From NCBI GenBank assembly GCA_964016885.1, contig OZ024740.1, forward strand, positions 125,426,001 through 125,490,000: DNA of 64,000 nucleotides. The letters are read 5' to 3'. Shown here piece by piece: positions 47,326 to 60,049 of the stretch. The position numbers and the translations under genes are program-made. The stretch's first letter is position 1. Every line of letters begins with the position of its first letter. Source of the DNA: Eledone cirrhosa (lineage: Eukaryota). Below the pieces are notes generated by a model. The model was not told the DNA's origin. It was given only the letters and a program-made list of their open reading frames with translations, and did not search any database.

Positions 47326-48537
47326 ATATATATATATATATATAAACACTATATAACAGACTGTATTAAGGTGTCAATACATATTTAATACATATGATCA
47401 TTATGTTCCTCAATAAATAAGCTCAATGGATCTTAGTTCAGAGCATTAATTATTTCAAATTAAAAGAAATATATAGAGAGAATGAAGCATATATCATTTG
47501 AAAAATACATAATATTTTGTACACATATATATAGAGTAAATAATATGCTGGAAAATATACAAGTCCGTACCCTTATTAATATCATGTATTACATTAGATA
47601 TATATTACATAACATTGTATTACTTAATATGCTGTTTGAAGAAGTTGTATTAGTGATTGCATGATGGAATCATTAAGTAAATAACAAAGCCACAGATACA
47701 TGTATTACATTGTATTGTACAATAAAATGAATTATGCATATCTTACCTTTGCATTTTCATCCTTATTTTATGTTTACACCATCATGGACTACCACATAAA
47801 ACTGGAAGGATATGTTAAATGGTGAGTGCTTTATCCTAATTACATCATTATTTATTGATTGGAGTGTTGTAAACACAACCCAGTTAGTCAACATTTTATA
47901 ACACAAATCTCTATATATATTCCATATATACCTACAATGTAATTTTGTGGTTAGCTTTTAAATTAGTTGGTTGTCACAAAGGAGACAGAATAAACTATGA
48001 TGTGAAATATAAAAGAGACAATGATAAACCGTTCAACATAAACAAAAAATCCTCTACAATTTTCTTCAATTCAACCTTATGTAAGAAAACCAATTTTCTC
48101 ATAAAATTCATCTAACTACATATCTTATTATATAAATCGATTTCACTTAAAAAAAAAACAAAAAAAACATGTTTTATATCTTGATATTTATTTGTCATGT
48201 TTCTTTTTAAGCAGATTTATTCTTTATTACCTTATAATGTTATATGAAAGTGATTTGTAGTTAGCATTATAGATATTATTATTGTTATTATTGGTATTGA
48301 TTTTAAGAAGAAAAAATTGTCAATCATATGTAATGATTTTACTATAGATTCCTTACCGCTCTCTCTTTTCTTCTTTATAGTAATCTATCTTTCTGTCAAT
48401 AGAGGTTGTTAAATATTTATTTAGTGTGTGCTTCTATTGTAATGATTTAGCAAAGACATTGATTATTGTCACCATCTGTAATTTTCCTCCTATGACAATC
48501 TAGTAATAAAATTCAATATACATGGTTTACATATACA

Positions 48538-48872
48538 TGGAGGCACATGGCTTAGTGGTTAGAGCATTGGCCTTGCAATCAAAAGGTTGTGAGTTTAATT
48601 CTCAGACCGGGTGATGAGCAAGACACTTTATTTAACATTGCTCCAGTTTACTCAGCTGTAGAAATGAGATGATAGGGACTGGGGTCCATATCATTCCATT
48701 GCAAAGTGGTCGTGGAGGTGCCATGGCAAAAAAAGCACCCAGCACTCACTGTAAATGAGGTTGGTGTTAGGAAGGGCATCCAGCTGTAGAAATCAAGCCA
48801 GAATGAGTTCCCATCCCACCCTTGCAAGCAGGGAAAAGCGGACATAAAATGATGATGATGATGATGATGATA
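48538..48872 (+). mobile_element. SINE family B (RTE-tailed)
   Basis: A-box-like TGGCTTAGTGG, B-box-like GAGTTTAATTC, RTE-like tail and (TGA)n. Confidence 0.88.
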
Positions 48873-49129
48873 ATGGTTTCTCTACCTGCTGTGATGTTTC
48901 TTGCATTTGAACCTTCAGTTTTGTTTCATTCTATGGTAATATAAATTAATAAGTACACTAATTTCTTTCATATGTTTCTCTTTGTCACGTATTATTCTCT
49001 TGAAAATATTAATAGTCTGGAAACTGGACAAATTATTTTATATGGATCAATAGTGGTGGACCATTTGTTCTTTTACAAAAGGTTGAAAAGCTGAGAAACA
49101 AGAAAAAAAAATCATTGAGAAATTGAATT

Positions 49130-50575
49130 ATCATCATCATCATCATCATCAACGTTTAACGTCCGTGTTCCACGCTTGCATGGGTTTGGACGGGGGTAGT
49201 CCCACTTGAGGCAAGAGTGATTGTCTTGCTCGCATAGGACTGTCTGGCAGGTTTTCTACAGTTGGATGCCCTTCCTAACACCAACCACATTTACAGTGTG
49301 GGTCTGGGAGGTTTTTACCGTGTTGCCTACACGGCCACATTACAGCGTGGACTGTGTGTTTTTTTGTCGTGACACCTACACGATCTCATTTGTTTCGGCC
49401 TCGATGGCGCGGCACCAACATAACTTTACATAGAACGGGGTGGTGTGGATCGGGTGGGGGTGGGGGTGGTGGGACGGGGTGTATTTTGTTAGAGATGCCT
49501 ACTGGCTGGAGTAGGTTTTACTATATATTTAGGTAAGGCGGGTCTTCTCTGTTACTGAGTACCGCCAAAGGTCTCGGTCCAGTGACATTGTCTTGGAGAG
49601 GTGTAAGTGTGTGATGTCGGAGTTTATCAGCTCGTCCCAGGTTTTTCTAGGTCTGCCTATTCCGTGACTACCGTCTATCTTTATTGCCCTGCACTTTGTT
49701 ATACAGCTATCGACTTTCATGCGCATCACGTGTCCATACCAACGTAGCCTTCTCTCGAGTAAACAACATCTGATCCCTCTTATCTCTAATTTATTCCTTA
49801 GTTCGTTTATGCTTTGCCGTTCACGTATATTACTGTTACACATCCAGCGGAGCATGCAAGCTTCGTTCCTCTCTAGTCTGCGTATATCCTCTGCACACAA
49901 TGCCCAGGTCTCACTGCCATGCAGCATTGCTGTTCGTATGCAGGCATCGTACAACCTGCCTTTCATTTTTAGTGAGAACCCTTTAGCAGCTAATAGTGGT
50001 ATAAGCTCTCTGAACTTTTTCCAACCAGTTCTGACTCTAGCTACAGTACTTTCAGAGCACCCTCCCCCACTGCTGATTTTATCGCCCAGGTAACGGAAGC
50101 TGTCCACTATTTCTATAGAACCCTCTGCGCAATTGAAAGAGCTAGTAGTTTGTGGGCACTTGCTGCTACTTATTGCACCAGAGCACCGGCCACATGTAAA
50201 ATCTATGTTCTTAGTTAGCTTACCTGTGATCCCACTACATCTTTTATGCACCCATACTTTGCATTTAGGACATAAAATGGAGTTTCTACCTACGCCTTTC
50301 CTACACACCGAGCACGACCATTTCCCAGAAGGGACCGGCGCCTTGTTTTCTTTCCTACAAACTAGTACTTTGGTCTTAGCCAGGTTAATTTTAAGTCCTT
50401 TTGACTCTAGGCCGTGCTTCCATGTTTGGAATTTCTTCTCTAGCTCGGCCATTGATTCCGCTATGAGTGTCAGGTCGTCTACGTATAGGAGTTCCCATGG
50501 GCAGCCTGTCTTGAACTCCTCTGTTATAGCCTGAAGGGCAATAATAAATAGTAGTGGACTGAGAACAGAGCCCTG
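49130..50575 (-). mobile_element. Young 5'-truncated RTE LINE with PHD finger
   Basis: Open frame from QGSVLSPLLF through YVDD, PHD, FRYLG and RRLRWYGHV to the stop at 49529; 3'UTR and (TGA)n tail; near-identical to 61155-62615. Confidence 0.93.
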
Positions 50576-51420
50576 ATTATGTTAATATTTAATAAATTGC
50601 ACCTATTACATTCATTTTGTAGAGTAGTGGATTAGCAGAATTATTAGAGCATCAGGCCAAATGTCTTGTGGCTATTTACATTGAGTTCAATTACTGGTGA
50701 AGTCATTGTTTTAGGGCTGACCATTCAAATACCATTCAAATACAGGAATTAAATTTAATCAACTAACCCTTTCCCTAACTTTTTAGCTTATACCTACGTA
50801 AACAGTCTTTATTGGTAGAGTTGTTAGCATCAGACAAAACAATTTGTGGCCTTTGGTTATGGACCTTTATGTTCATATCCTGCCAGAGTCAATTTTGCAT
50901 TTCATCCTTCCGTATTAGTATCAGTAAAGTATTGGATACCAATAAAGTATTGGAGTCAATTTAATTGACTTCCCCCTCTCCTGAAATTGCTGGCTGTGTG
51001 CCAATTTTAGAAATAACATTATTATAATGTTATTGTCATTTCATAAGTAATAATTGAAACAATCAAGTATTGGGTTTGATTTAACTGATGAGCACCTCTT
51101 CCCAAATTTATAGTTTTGTGTAAAATTATAAACAAAGAAATATTTATTTCAGTTTTCTTTACCAAGAGCTGAAGACTAACTATGGCTGAATAGAAGATCT
51201 GATGTAATTTCAAACATGCTTTTTATTTTAATAACCTTTGATTACTGCAGTAAAGAATTGGGGTGGGGTTAATGTGTAATTTAGTAGCTGACCACACAAC
51301 GATGAGACAAGTTGTATGGGTGGGTATATGTTACCAGTGGTTCTAGGTAATTTCGCTCCCGGTATTTTGACTGCCCGTCAATTTCACTGCCAGTCAATTT
51401 CACTCCCGATATTAGAAAAT

Positions 51421-51563
51421 AATTGTTTCTACTTTAGGTACAAGGCCAGCAATTACCCAGTGCATTACTGGTACTTTATTTTATCGACCCCGTAAGGATG
51501 AAAGGCAAAGTCAACCTCGGCGGGATTTGAAATCAGATCGTAAAGGGACGTAACTATGCTGGA
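51421..51563 (-). mobile_element. SINE family A (5'-truncated)
   Basis: Similar to the other copies. Confidence 0.85.
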
Positions 51564-51596
51564 AAAAAACGTATTCATCAGTATTATTATTATTAT

Positions 51597-51740
51597 AGTT
51601 ACGTCCCTTTACGATCTGAGTTCAAATCCTGCCGAGGTTGACTTTGCCTTTCATCCTTACGGGGTCGATAAAATAAAGTACCAGTAATGCACTGAGTAAT
51701 TGATGGCCTTGTGCCTAAAGTAGAAACAATTATTATTATT
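51597..51740 (+). mobile_element. SINE family A (5'-truncated)
   Basis: Similar to the other copies. Confidence 0.85.
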
Positions 51741-51932
51741 GGATTGGCAGTATCGGTAGAGAGTCGGACACCATGCTTTGAAGCATAGAGTTACGTCCCT
51801 TTATGATCTGAGTTCAAATCCCGCCGAGGTTAACTTTGCCTTTCATCCTTACGGGGTCGATAAAATAAAGTACCAGTAATGTACTGGATATTTGCTGGCC
51901 TTGTGCCTAAAATAGAAACAATTATTATTATT
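51741..51932 (+). mobile_element. SINE family A
   Basis: Full unit directly following the previous copy's tail. Confidence 0.88.
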
Positions 51933-52835
51933 ACTTATTATCATTTCAAAACATAAAACCAGTCGAGTATTTGTAATATAAACAAATAAATATTCAGCAA
52001 TTATACGAAAAGGTAAACAAACATTACTAAAAGCCTCCTTTATTAATCCAACAAGTAAAAATATGAATTAAAGTTTAATTATAATAAAGATAAAATGAAA
52101 AGTACCATAAAACAAACATATTTCTAAAATCCATCTTATTTTGGGGATTATATTGCTCAATAATTATCTGCAGCTGTTTGTTTATATTAGTGGGATTTGA
52201 GGTTAACTTTGCCTTTCATCCTTATGGGGTCGATAAAGTAAAGCACCAGTAATGCACTGAGATTGATTTAACCACTCAAAATTGGTGGCCTTAATATTGG
52301 CTATTAATATTATTATTGTTGTTGTTGATGATGATGATTTACAGAACAATTAGTTAACTGAAAGTATCATTTCAGTCATCCATTCGGGTGGTTTATTTAT
52401 TTAAAGTGTTTACAGGTTTACCCGTGATCCATCCCTGCCTCATTCCTTACATAAAAAGGAAATATATATATACATCGTCTACTTGTGGATGAACTGAATT
52501 GCATATATGAATTTGATCGAAGTGGAACTGTGAAACCAAATAAAATTATAAAGATATAAACAAACAGCTGCAGATAATTATTGAGCAATATAATCCTGAA
52601 AATAAGATGGATTTTAGTAATATATTTATGGTTTACTGTGCTTTTTATTTTATCTTTATTATAATTAAACTTTAATTCATGTTTTTGACTGATATAATTA
52701 CATTCGTGTATTGGACGAATAAAGGAGGTTAACATGGCTTTTAGTAATATTTGTCTCCCTTTTCACATAGTTACTGTATATTTACTTGTTTATGTTACAA
52801 ATACTGTACTGATTTTATGTTTTCAACTGATAATG

Positions 52836-53027
52836 AATAATTGTTTCTACTTTTGGCACAAAGCCAGCAATTATCCTAGTGCATTACTGGTACATTATTT
52901 TATTGACCCCGTAAGGGTGAAACTAAAAGTTAACCTCAGCAGGATTTGAACTCAGATCATAAAGGGTCGTAACTCCATGCTGCAAAGCATGGCATCTGAC
53001 CCTCTACTGATACTGCCAATCCACTGC
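52836..53027 (-). mobile_element. SINE family A
   Basis: Similar to the other copies. Confidence 0.85.
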
Positions 53028-53605
53028 CCTCTCATCAATTATAATAATGAAAATTATTTTATTCTATTACTTGTTTCTGTAATTAGACAGCAGTCATGCT
53101 GGGGTACCACCTTAAGGGGATTTACTCATATTTATTTTAGCGAAGGACACACACACAGACATATAGTGAGAGATTTTTGATGGTCGTAGTGGTGAGTTGG
53201 TTGTGTTGTGGTGCTGATTTGTTTGCTGCGTGTGTGCTCACTTGTAGCTTGCTGTGTCGTGTGGTCAATGTTGTGTGATACAGTGTGACCAGAGGTTGCA
53301 TGTGTGCAGGTAAGTGAGTGTTCAATAAGATGATGATGATATAGTTCCTTAATCACACAGAAAATGAATATATATAAAAAAACAATGATGACACCAAACC
53401 GCTATATTATTAATCTATTGAAAATAGCTCATACCAGAGCTATACGAAAAATAGACAACGTTTATGTATGTTATTTGTTTATTTTTAAAAGTAGAATAAA
53501 ATTGTATTTACCAAGAAAACTTCATGCACTTCACTGGTTTGGTTAAGAGAGAGACCAAAATATAGAGATTGAGTGAAAGAGAGAGAGTAAGATAAAGTAA
53601 GAATC

Positions 53606-53858
53606 TGTAAGACCCCAAGAGGTCTGTAGAAAGCAAATGCTTTACATGTTTATTCAATCAAGAGCTGCTTCGAGCTGCTGGTTTTATCTAAGACAGGCTA
53701 TTTATCTCTGTCGCTTTCTCTCTCCCCTAACATTGAGAAGAAAGAGGTGACCCATAAAGCTCACCGCTCTCAGACTTTTTTACGCCCGAAAGGAGATAAT
53801 CCAGAAAATGACCGTTAAATGTCACGCAAGGGTGAGAGTGTGAACACATTTCACTACA
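53606..53858 (-). mobile_element. Possible solo LTR
   Basis: TGTAGT...CTTACA termini on the minus strand, AATAAA about 45 nt before the end, higher GC than the flanks; TSD only partial (GAATC/GACAC). Confidence 0.35.
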
Positions 53859-56323
53859 GACACGCACACTGTTTACATGGTCCAAATTTCACCACAAGTT
53901 ATTGGTCAATTTAAAGTCATAGTTAAGATATTCCCTTAAGGTGCAATGTAGTGGGATTGAACTTGAAAAAACCATGGTTGCAAAGAGAACTCTTTAACTA
54001 CCCAACCACTACTGCACGTATAGATCTAAATTTTCTGAAATATACTATAAAAGAAAATGTTTCATCTAAATTTATAGATTGTGTGTATGAGAACGAGAGA
54101 ATAAACCTTAAAGTTGGTTGATTGGGGATACAAATCAATCCCTTCACCAAATGCAAATATCAAAATATGCTTTGTAAATCTCAATACAATTTGATTTAAA
54201 TTTGGAATCGTGTTTTGATTAAGAAGTTGTTTTGGTGAAGAATGTTCTTTTAATTCAGTCACTATTCAGTGTTTCTAAGCAAAGTTATAGTATTTGCTTT
54301 CAAATATATTTATGCAAAGTAATTTATATTGTCTTCCATTCATTTTAATATGCAAGCAAGAATAACCCACTCTAACCTTGCCATCTCTTCAGATATTTCT
54401 TTGTCAGATCTTGTGTTCATAGGTGAACTTTAACAGCATCTTTTGCTATCAACAAAAATTATATATGCTTAGCTTAAGAAAGAATGTTTACATTGCTATA
54501 GAAAAATATTATTCGTCAAATGTTTCTGCAAACAAATTTTGTTTACAAATATATGTTATTAAATTACATGTGGCATTTAAGAAGTTGATTGAATAATTTA
54601 ATGGCAAACTTTAAAAAATAATTAGATGCCGGAAAGAACAGAACAAGCTTAACCATGAGCATGTAATATCTTCTAATTGTTTTGGCCATAATTTGACAAA
54701 AACAAGATCTGCAGAGAAATGTCAGGACCGAATATTTCATCGATATATATAAAAACAAAAGCTAGGAAAACGTTTTTCCTTAGATATGCCTAAAGTGTTC
54801 TAATATATAATTTTACATTAATAATGACAAGAAATTCTGTGAAGGTTACAACGGAAGATGTCATCATTCTATGATTGAATTTGTATTTGTAAGTAGTTTT
54901 AAAGGTTAAATGTGAATATTTTTAGCCATCCTAGCCATTTTGAATTACTGGCTTTATACAATTTGTCTTTGATATTCATGAAAACTCAAAAACTACAACT
55001 TGACTAGAATTAAGTTTCATATGTATCAATAAATCAGAAATCTGTTTCTGGAATATAAAATTTCCAAGATGTGTTTACTAATAAACTATATGCAAGTGAA
55101 GGAATGTAACAACACATGAAATCATATTGAAATTGTTAATATATTGATGTATACTAGTACAGACATATTGTTTGTGTTATTCTATTTAGCAAGAAACTAC
55201 TTTGGAGCTCAACCTTTTGATGACAAAATAATTGACATTAAGAAATGTTTGTTGCAGTAATGGTGAAACACTGAATAATGGAACAATTCTTTACAGCATT
55301 AAGTGCAATCATACTACAGACTGAGTTCAAATCCAGTCTGGGTAACTTTTGTGTTTCATCAAAAGAAGTACAGGGATAAAATAAGCACGAGTATGATACT
55401 AAGTTTGCTTTAATTTGCCATGACTGCTCCTTTCCTTAAATTACTTTCCTTGTGTTCAGTTAAAATAAATCAATATAGGAATTATGATGTGAAACACTAT
55501 TTACCCTTAATTGATGATATGCTTATCTTCTTTTGAATAGGATAGATCTCCAGGTAGAGAAAAATTCTATTAATAGAACGTTACTTATAAAACAGTACAA
55601 CAGTTATTTATCTGATAGAATGCTTCAAATATTTTCAGAAATAATAAAATCATTAGGCCTTCCAGACAGGTAACGATAAGCAGTTGATGTTCAACGTGGA
55701 ACATTTGTTGTTTGATTATTGGTAAATTGACATAATGTAGATGGGCAGATTTTCAGTAGACTTGGCCATGTGCAAGCCATATTGATGGTTGCTGACAAGA
55801 GGAAGACACAAAACATGATAAAATAGGTGCTGTTCATGATTCTCTGTTTCTATTGAGTTGTTGAGACTGAATGCAGTAGTTGCAAGATTGAGATGGGATT
55901 TACTGTTTGGGTTTCCATCTCTTAATACATAAAACGCTTTATCAATAAAAATTTAAAAAACATAAACAAATCTATTTCAAATAACAACAAAACTACAGAT
56001 GTTTAAAAATGGAAAATGAAGGGAAGGGCATGGGCTCTGGGGTTACAGAAGAATGGGAGGGGGGGGGGGGGGGGCTCTAGGTCTAGGGTGCATCAGTGTT
56101 GGGGCTGCACACCGTGGGCAAGACCACAAAAGCATTTCTGCAGAACTGGCTGTTAAGAGTGAGACTTTCTCCATAACATAACATAAAAATTCAGGCAACA
56201 TTATCTTGGGAAGCTTCAATAGAGATGTGTGAAGTTGTGAGGTTATGTTTGTTATTGGTTCAGCCACTCAACGACTAGGTCATGCTATTCATATAGTTTC
56301 ATAGAGAAGCAAAGGAAAAGAGT

Positions 56324-56393
<70 letters not shown>
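56324..56393. repeat. (GA)n microsatellite
   Basis: Read directly. Confidence 0.95.
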
Positions 56394-56397
<4 letters not shown>

Positions 56398-56829
56398 TTG
56401 GAAGTGGAAAAGATGAAAGGTGGTATCACATACATATAACAAGACAATTTTAAAGTAGAAGCATTTAGATAAATAAATCAGCAACACTTAAAATGTTATC
56501 TTTCTTTATACAGGCATTCAACAGCATTTGAAAATACCCAGCTAGCTATTGTTATATATGTAGTTTTGATGAGAAAGACATAGAATAAAAAAAGAAACAC
56601 AGAGAGAGTGGGGGGGGGGGGGGGGAAGATATAAAGAAATATTGTCTATGCATAACAAAAGATTTTAAACTTGAGGATTTTAGATAAGGATGTCAGTGAC
56701 ACTTAAAATCTTTCTTCAGATATTAATTCAAGAGCAAGGTTACTAAAACCACTCTGCTAACTGGTGGTATACACACACAGAGTAACAACTCCACTCCATA
56801 AAACATTGTGTATGCTCAAGAGTATACCC

Positions 56830-57489
56830 TATCACTATCAACACTAAAAAGATGATGTAAAACAGAATAAACAGGAGACACAATGTAATAAAAGTAGTCA
56901 GTAAAGATATTACAGAATATGTGATTAAAGCACTGTGACAATTAATTAACAACTAAACTACCATCTGGAACAATTAGTTACTTAACCAATAATTACAAAT
57001 TGAAGAGAAACTCACTGGTGCATATATATTGTTATTGGCAGCATGACTCTCCCAAAGCATAAAGATATCTGTTTCAACACATGTTTCACATCTTGTAAAA
57101 GAAGCAAAAACCGAAGTACTGTAAGCTTTAGCCAAGCTAGCAAGTGCTGAAAAACTACATGTTCTATCGCCTGAAGAAAACAATAAGAACTTGACAACCC
57201 CACTTTGTAAATCAATGTGTGTCACCCAGAGTATATGCTAACACCTTCAACACCAACAAAATGTAATGAAACAGAACAAAGAGGATTAGTAACAAAGTAA
57301 CAGAAAGTAACAGTAGTCACTGAAGAGATCACAGAATGTGTGATGAAAGTCCTTTGACAACTAACAACTAGACAGCCATTTTATTAAATTAACTGATAGA
57401 AAAACTAGTTACTTAACCAATAATTATAAATTGAAGTGAAACTGAACTAGTGTTGAGCTTTTATTGGCAGCATGACACTCCCAAAGTAT

Positions 57490-57495
<6 letters not shown>
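56830..57495 (+). mobile_element. Two tandem pLTR-like repeats (about 56830-57068 and 57240-57495)
   Basis: Shared AGTAGTCA..TAGTTACTTAACCAATAATTA.AAATTGAAG..TTATTGGCAGCATGAC.CTCCCAAAG.ATAA; the end resembles the PLE pLTR end CCTCCCA.GTATAACAATAT. Confidence 0.65.
57316..57358 (+). ncRNA. Minimal type I hammerhead ribozyme motif
   Basis: GTCA-CTGAAGA-G-ATCACA GAATG TGTGAT-GAAA-GTCC-TT-TGAC. Confidence 0.7.
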
Positions 57496-57526
<31 letters not shown>

Positions 57527-57529
<3 letters not shown>

Positions 57530-58185
57530 TGAATCTTCGCTTATCCAGACGGTCAAAACCAAACAGTTAGAAAAAGATCCGGTTAAGTGAAATATCCGGA
57601 TAAGTGAATTCTAAAATCCCATTGTTACATAATGCTCGTGGTTTCTAATGTTTTGGCTTCTTTTAGTCAAAATAAAGGACAAATGCTAAGTAAAGAAAGT
57701 TTATTAGAATAACAAAAGAACAGCTAGAATTTATAAGAAAATTAATTCAACAAACATAAGAATAACTTAAAACTTGGTAAAACTGAATTGAGTCAAACCA
57801 TAAAAAATTAGTACTTTTTTAAAAATGAATAAATAGAAGATTGTTTTCAGCGCCCAAGCTCGTCGTTCCACTACCATTTCCAGGTACCATTTCCACGCAA
57901 CAGCTGAATGGTCAACCACCTCCCTCATGTTTATTGCACGTAAAAATGGAATCATTCCCGTGTCCCCTTTTCCGATCAAATCCCGCAGCAATTGTTTTCT
58001 GTAAATCCGCTTTAGTGTCTCCAAAACTCCCTGGTCGATTGGCTGAATAAGTGACGTAACGTTCGCCGGAAGAAATGCTGCCCAAATCTGTCCGTCTGCC
58101 AAAATCAAGTCCTCCTCATATAGAAATACCCGTCCGGTAAATCGAATTTCGGAAAAGCGATATCCAGATAAGCGAAGATGCACTG
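57527..58185 (-). mobile_element. pogo/Tigger-type internally deleted DNA transposon (MITE-like)
   Basis: TIRs CAGTGAATCTTCGCTTATCCAGA / TCCAGATAAGCGAAGATGCACTG with TA flanks; internal DDE fragment FLPANVTSLIQPIDQGVLETLKRIYRK. Confidence 0.9.
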
Positions 58186-58199
58186 TATATATATATAAT

Positions 58200-58385
58200 G
58201 GTTTCTAATTTAGGTACAAGGCTAGCAATTACCCAGCGCATTACTGGTACTTTATTTTATCGACCCCGTAAGGATGAAAGGCAAAGTCAAACTCAGCGGG
58301 ATTTGAACTCAGATCGTAAAGGGAGGTAACTATGCTGGAAAGCATGGCATCTGACCCTCTACCGATACTGCCAATCCACTGCCCT
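58200..58385 (-). mobile_element. SINE family A
   Basis: Similar to the other copies. Confidence 0.85.
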
Positions 58386-60049
58386 TTATATATATATATG
58401 TTTACTGTTCAGCTGCTGTGGCTGTGAAGTTAGCATATCTTGTGGTCAGTCTTTGCCAAATGACTATACTACAGCTTACTGAGAAAATGTTACAATTGAC
58501 TACAAAAGCTATAACCACTTAAATCCTTTGCAAGCAATCTTATGAAATAATGGCTATATATTGAAAGTATATAAGATCAATAACCAAGTAAGTTATTAAA
58601 AATTGCATTAGCTGTTCTCCATTTTATGTAAGAAGAATGGTTAATAAAAATCCACTTGGATGTAAGAAAGTGAGCTGTTACTTGGCCCAAAGGAATGTTA
58701 AATCATCACTAGACAGAGGAAAGACATATTGAGCAGAGGTGCACTGCATTTATGGTTTTATAGTTAAACAGATTTAGTTGCTTTCTGTGAAAAAAGACTG
58801 CCGCAATTTGTTAGTATCATTGGGCCACAGTTTTTCACCAAATAACTTTTTATCAATACAATGTTTTATCAAATTAATTCTCAAGGGAACACATTTTCAT
58901 TGGATAATTTAATAATAATATTTCATTAAATAATTTTAGGTATAAAACGATTTTAAATATAGAATATTTTTGATATGATATAAAAATAGAATTTCCAGTT
59001 AAAAATTTCATTTAAAAGATCAGTAAGGGCACAATAGGCAGTTTGATAAACAAACTGTCTATATGCTTAAACAGATTACCATGTTTAGGTCATGGAATAT
59101 ACATGTTAGTTTGTGATGCCAAACCAACAGTATAAATAAACTAAAATGCATATAAAAGAAGATATTCTAGGGAAACAGATACATAACGTTATTTCACTGA
59201 GAAATACTTTCAAAAGTAATTTCCATTACCGCTGCACTCTAGGCCCAGAGGACAATCATCCCCAACGTCCCCATTCTTGTACTACACTAGAACGTTTGCC
59301 TTTCCCTTCCTTTTCCATTTTTTTAAATATTTTCTTATTTTACATTCCATTCTTTCTTCACAATCTATTTCTTTTTCTTTTTCTTTTTCTATTAAATTTT
59401 ATTTTCATGATAGAGTTATAGTTATATCAACAATAAAGTTGTATGATTAAAAGTTTAAAAACAACACCTTCATTACAATGCAGTGTGAACAAATAAAGAA
59501 CATTGTAGATCACATTGTTAATGACAAATATTTAATTTGTTGTACTAGTTTATGAAAATAGTTCTCTTACTGGTTTTTAAAATTACATTTTCAGATGAAA
59601 AATTTATTTTTGTTTTATATCAAAATTAATCTTGGCAGAGCTGTTCTGCTATGGAATGGACTACAAGAAGTGCATAGAGAATATGGCGGTTTGTTGTGAT
59701 ATAGGAAGGCTACTGCTGGATAAAAAATCAAATCCAGTTCAAACATTGGTAAGCTACTAGGAGAAATGGAGCAATGCGTGACACAGTTGACACTCAGCAA
59801 ACCTTAAAAAAACCAGCTATGTAGATATGATATGATGAGGGAAATCCACCTCTAGAAAATATTAATATTTACTGTTCTGAAAAGTTACCAGTTTTATGCC
59901 TTGCATGTTTAAGATTATCGACAACTGCTTACTGCAATGCCCTTCAAGTGGGATAGTAAAAGTAAGAAATATATTGCAGACACTACACAATGCCAGAAGT
60001 ATTGACGATGTTCCTGCAAACAGTTCTGGGAGAGGTGGGATGGATGCAC

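Larger units (their letters stand above)
51741..53027. repeat. Inverted duplication, arms about 51741-52188 and 52552-53027
   Basis: GATTATATTGCTCAATAATTATCTGCAGCTGTTTGTTTATAT pairs with ATATAAACAAACAGCTGCAGATAATTATTGAGCAATATAATC; similarity extends through unique AT-rich DNA and the terminal SINEs. Confidence 0.88.

Noticed and set aside
47746-47803. Minus-strand segment with an AAG|GTAAGA donor and TTCCAG acceptor
   Set aside because: All three frames contain stops; could only be a non-coding or first exon, with no further support.
48538-48615. SINE heads as tRNA genes
   Set aside because: A/B-box-like motifs are present but there is no complete cloverleaf, and they continue into SINE bodies.
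53162-53360. GT-rich segment as a second solo LTR
   Set aside because: Termini are imperfect and no target-site duplication was found.
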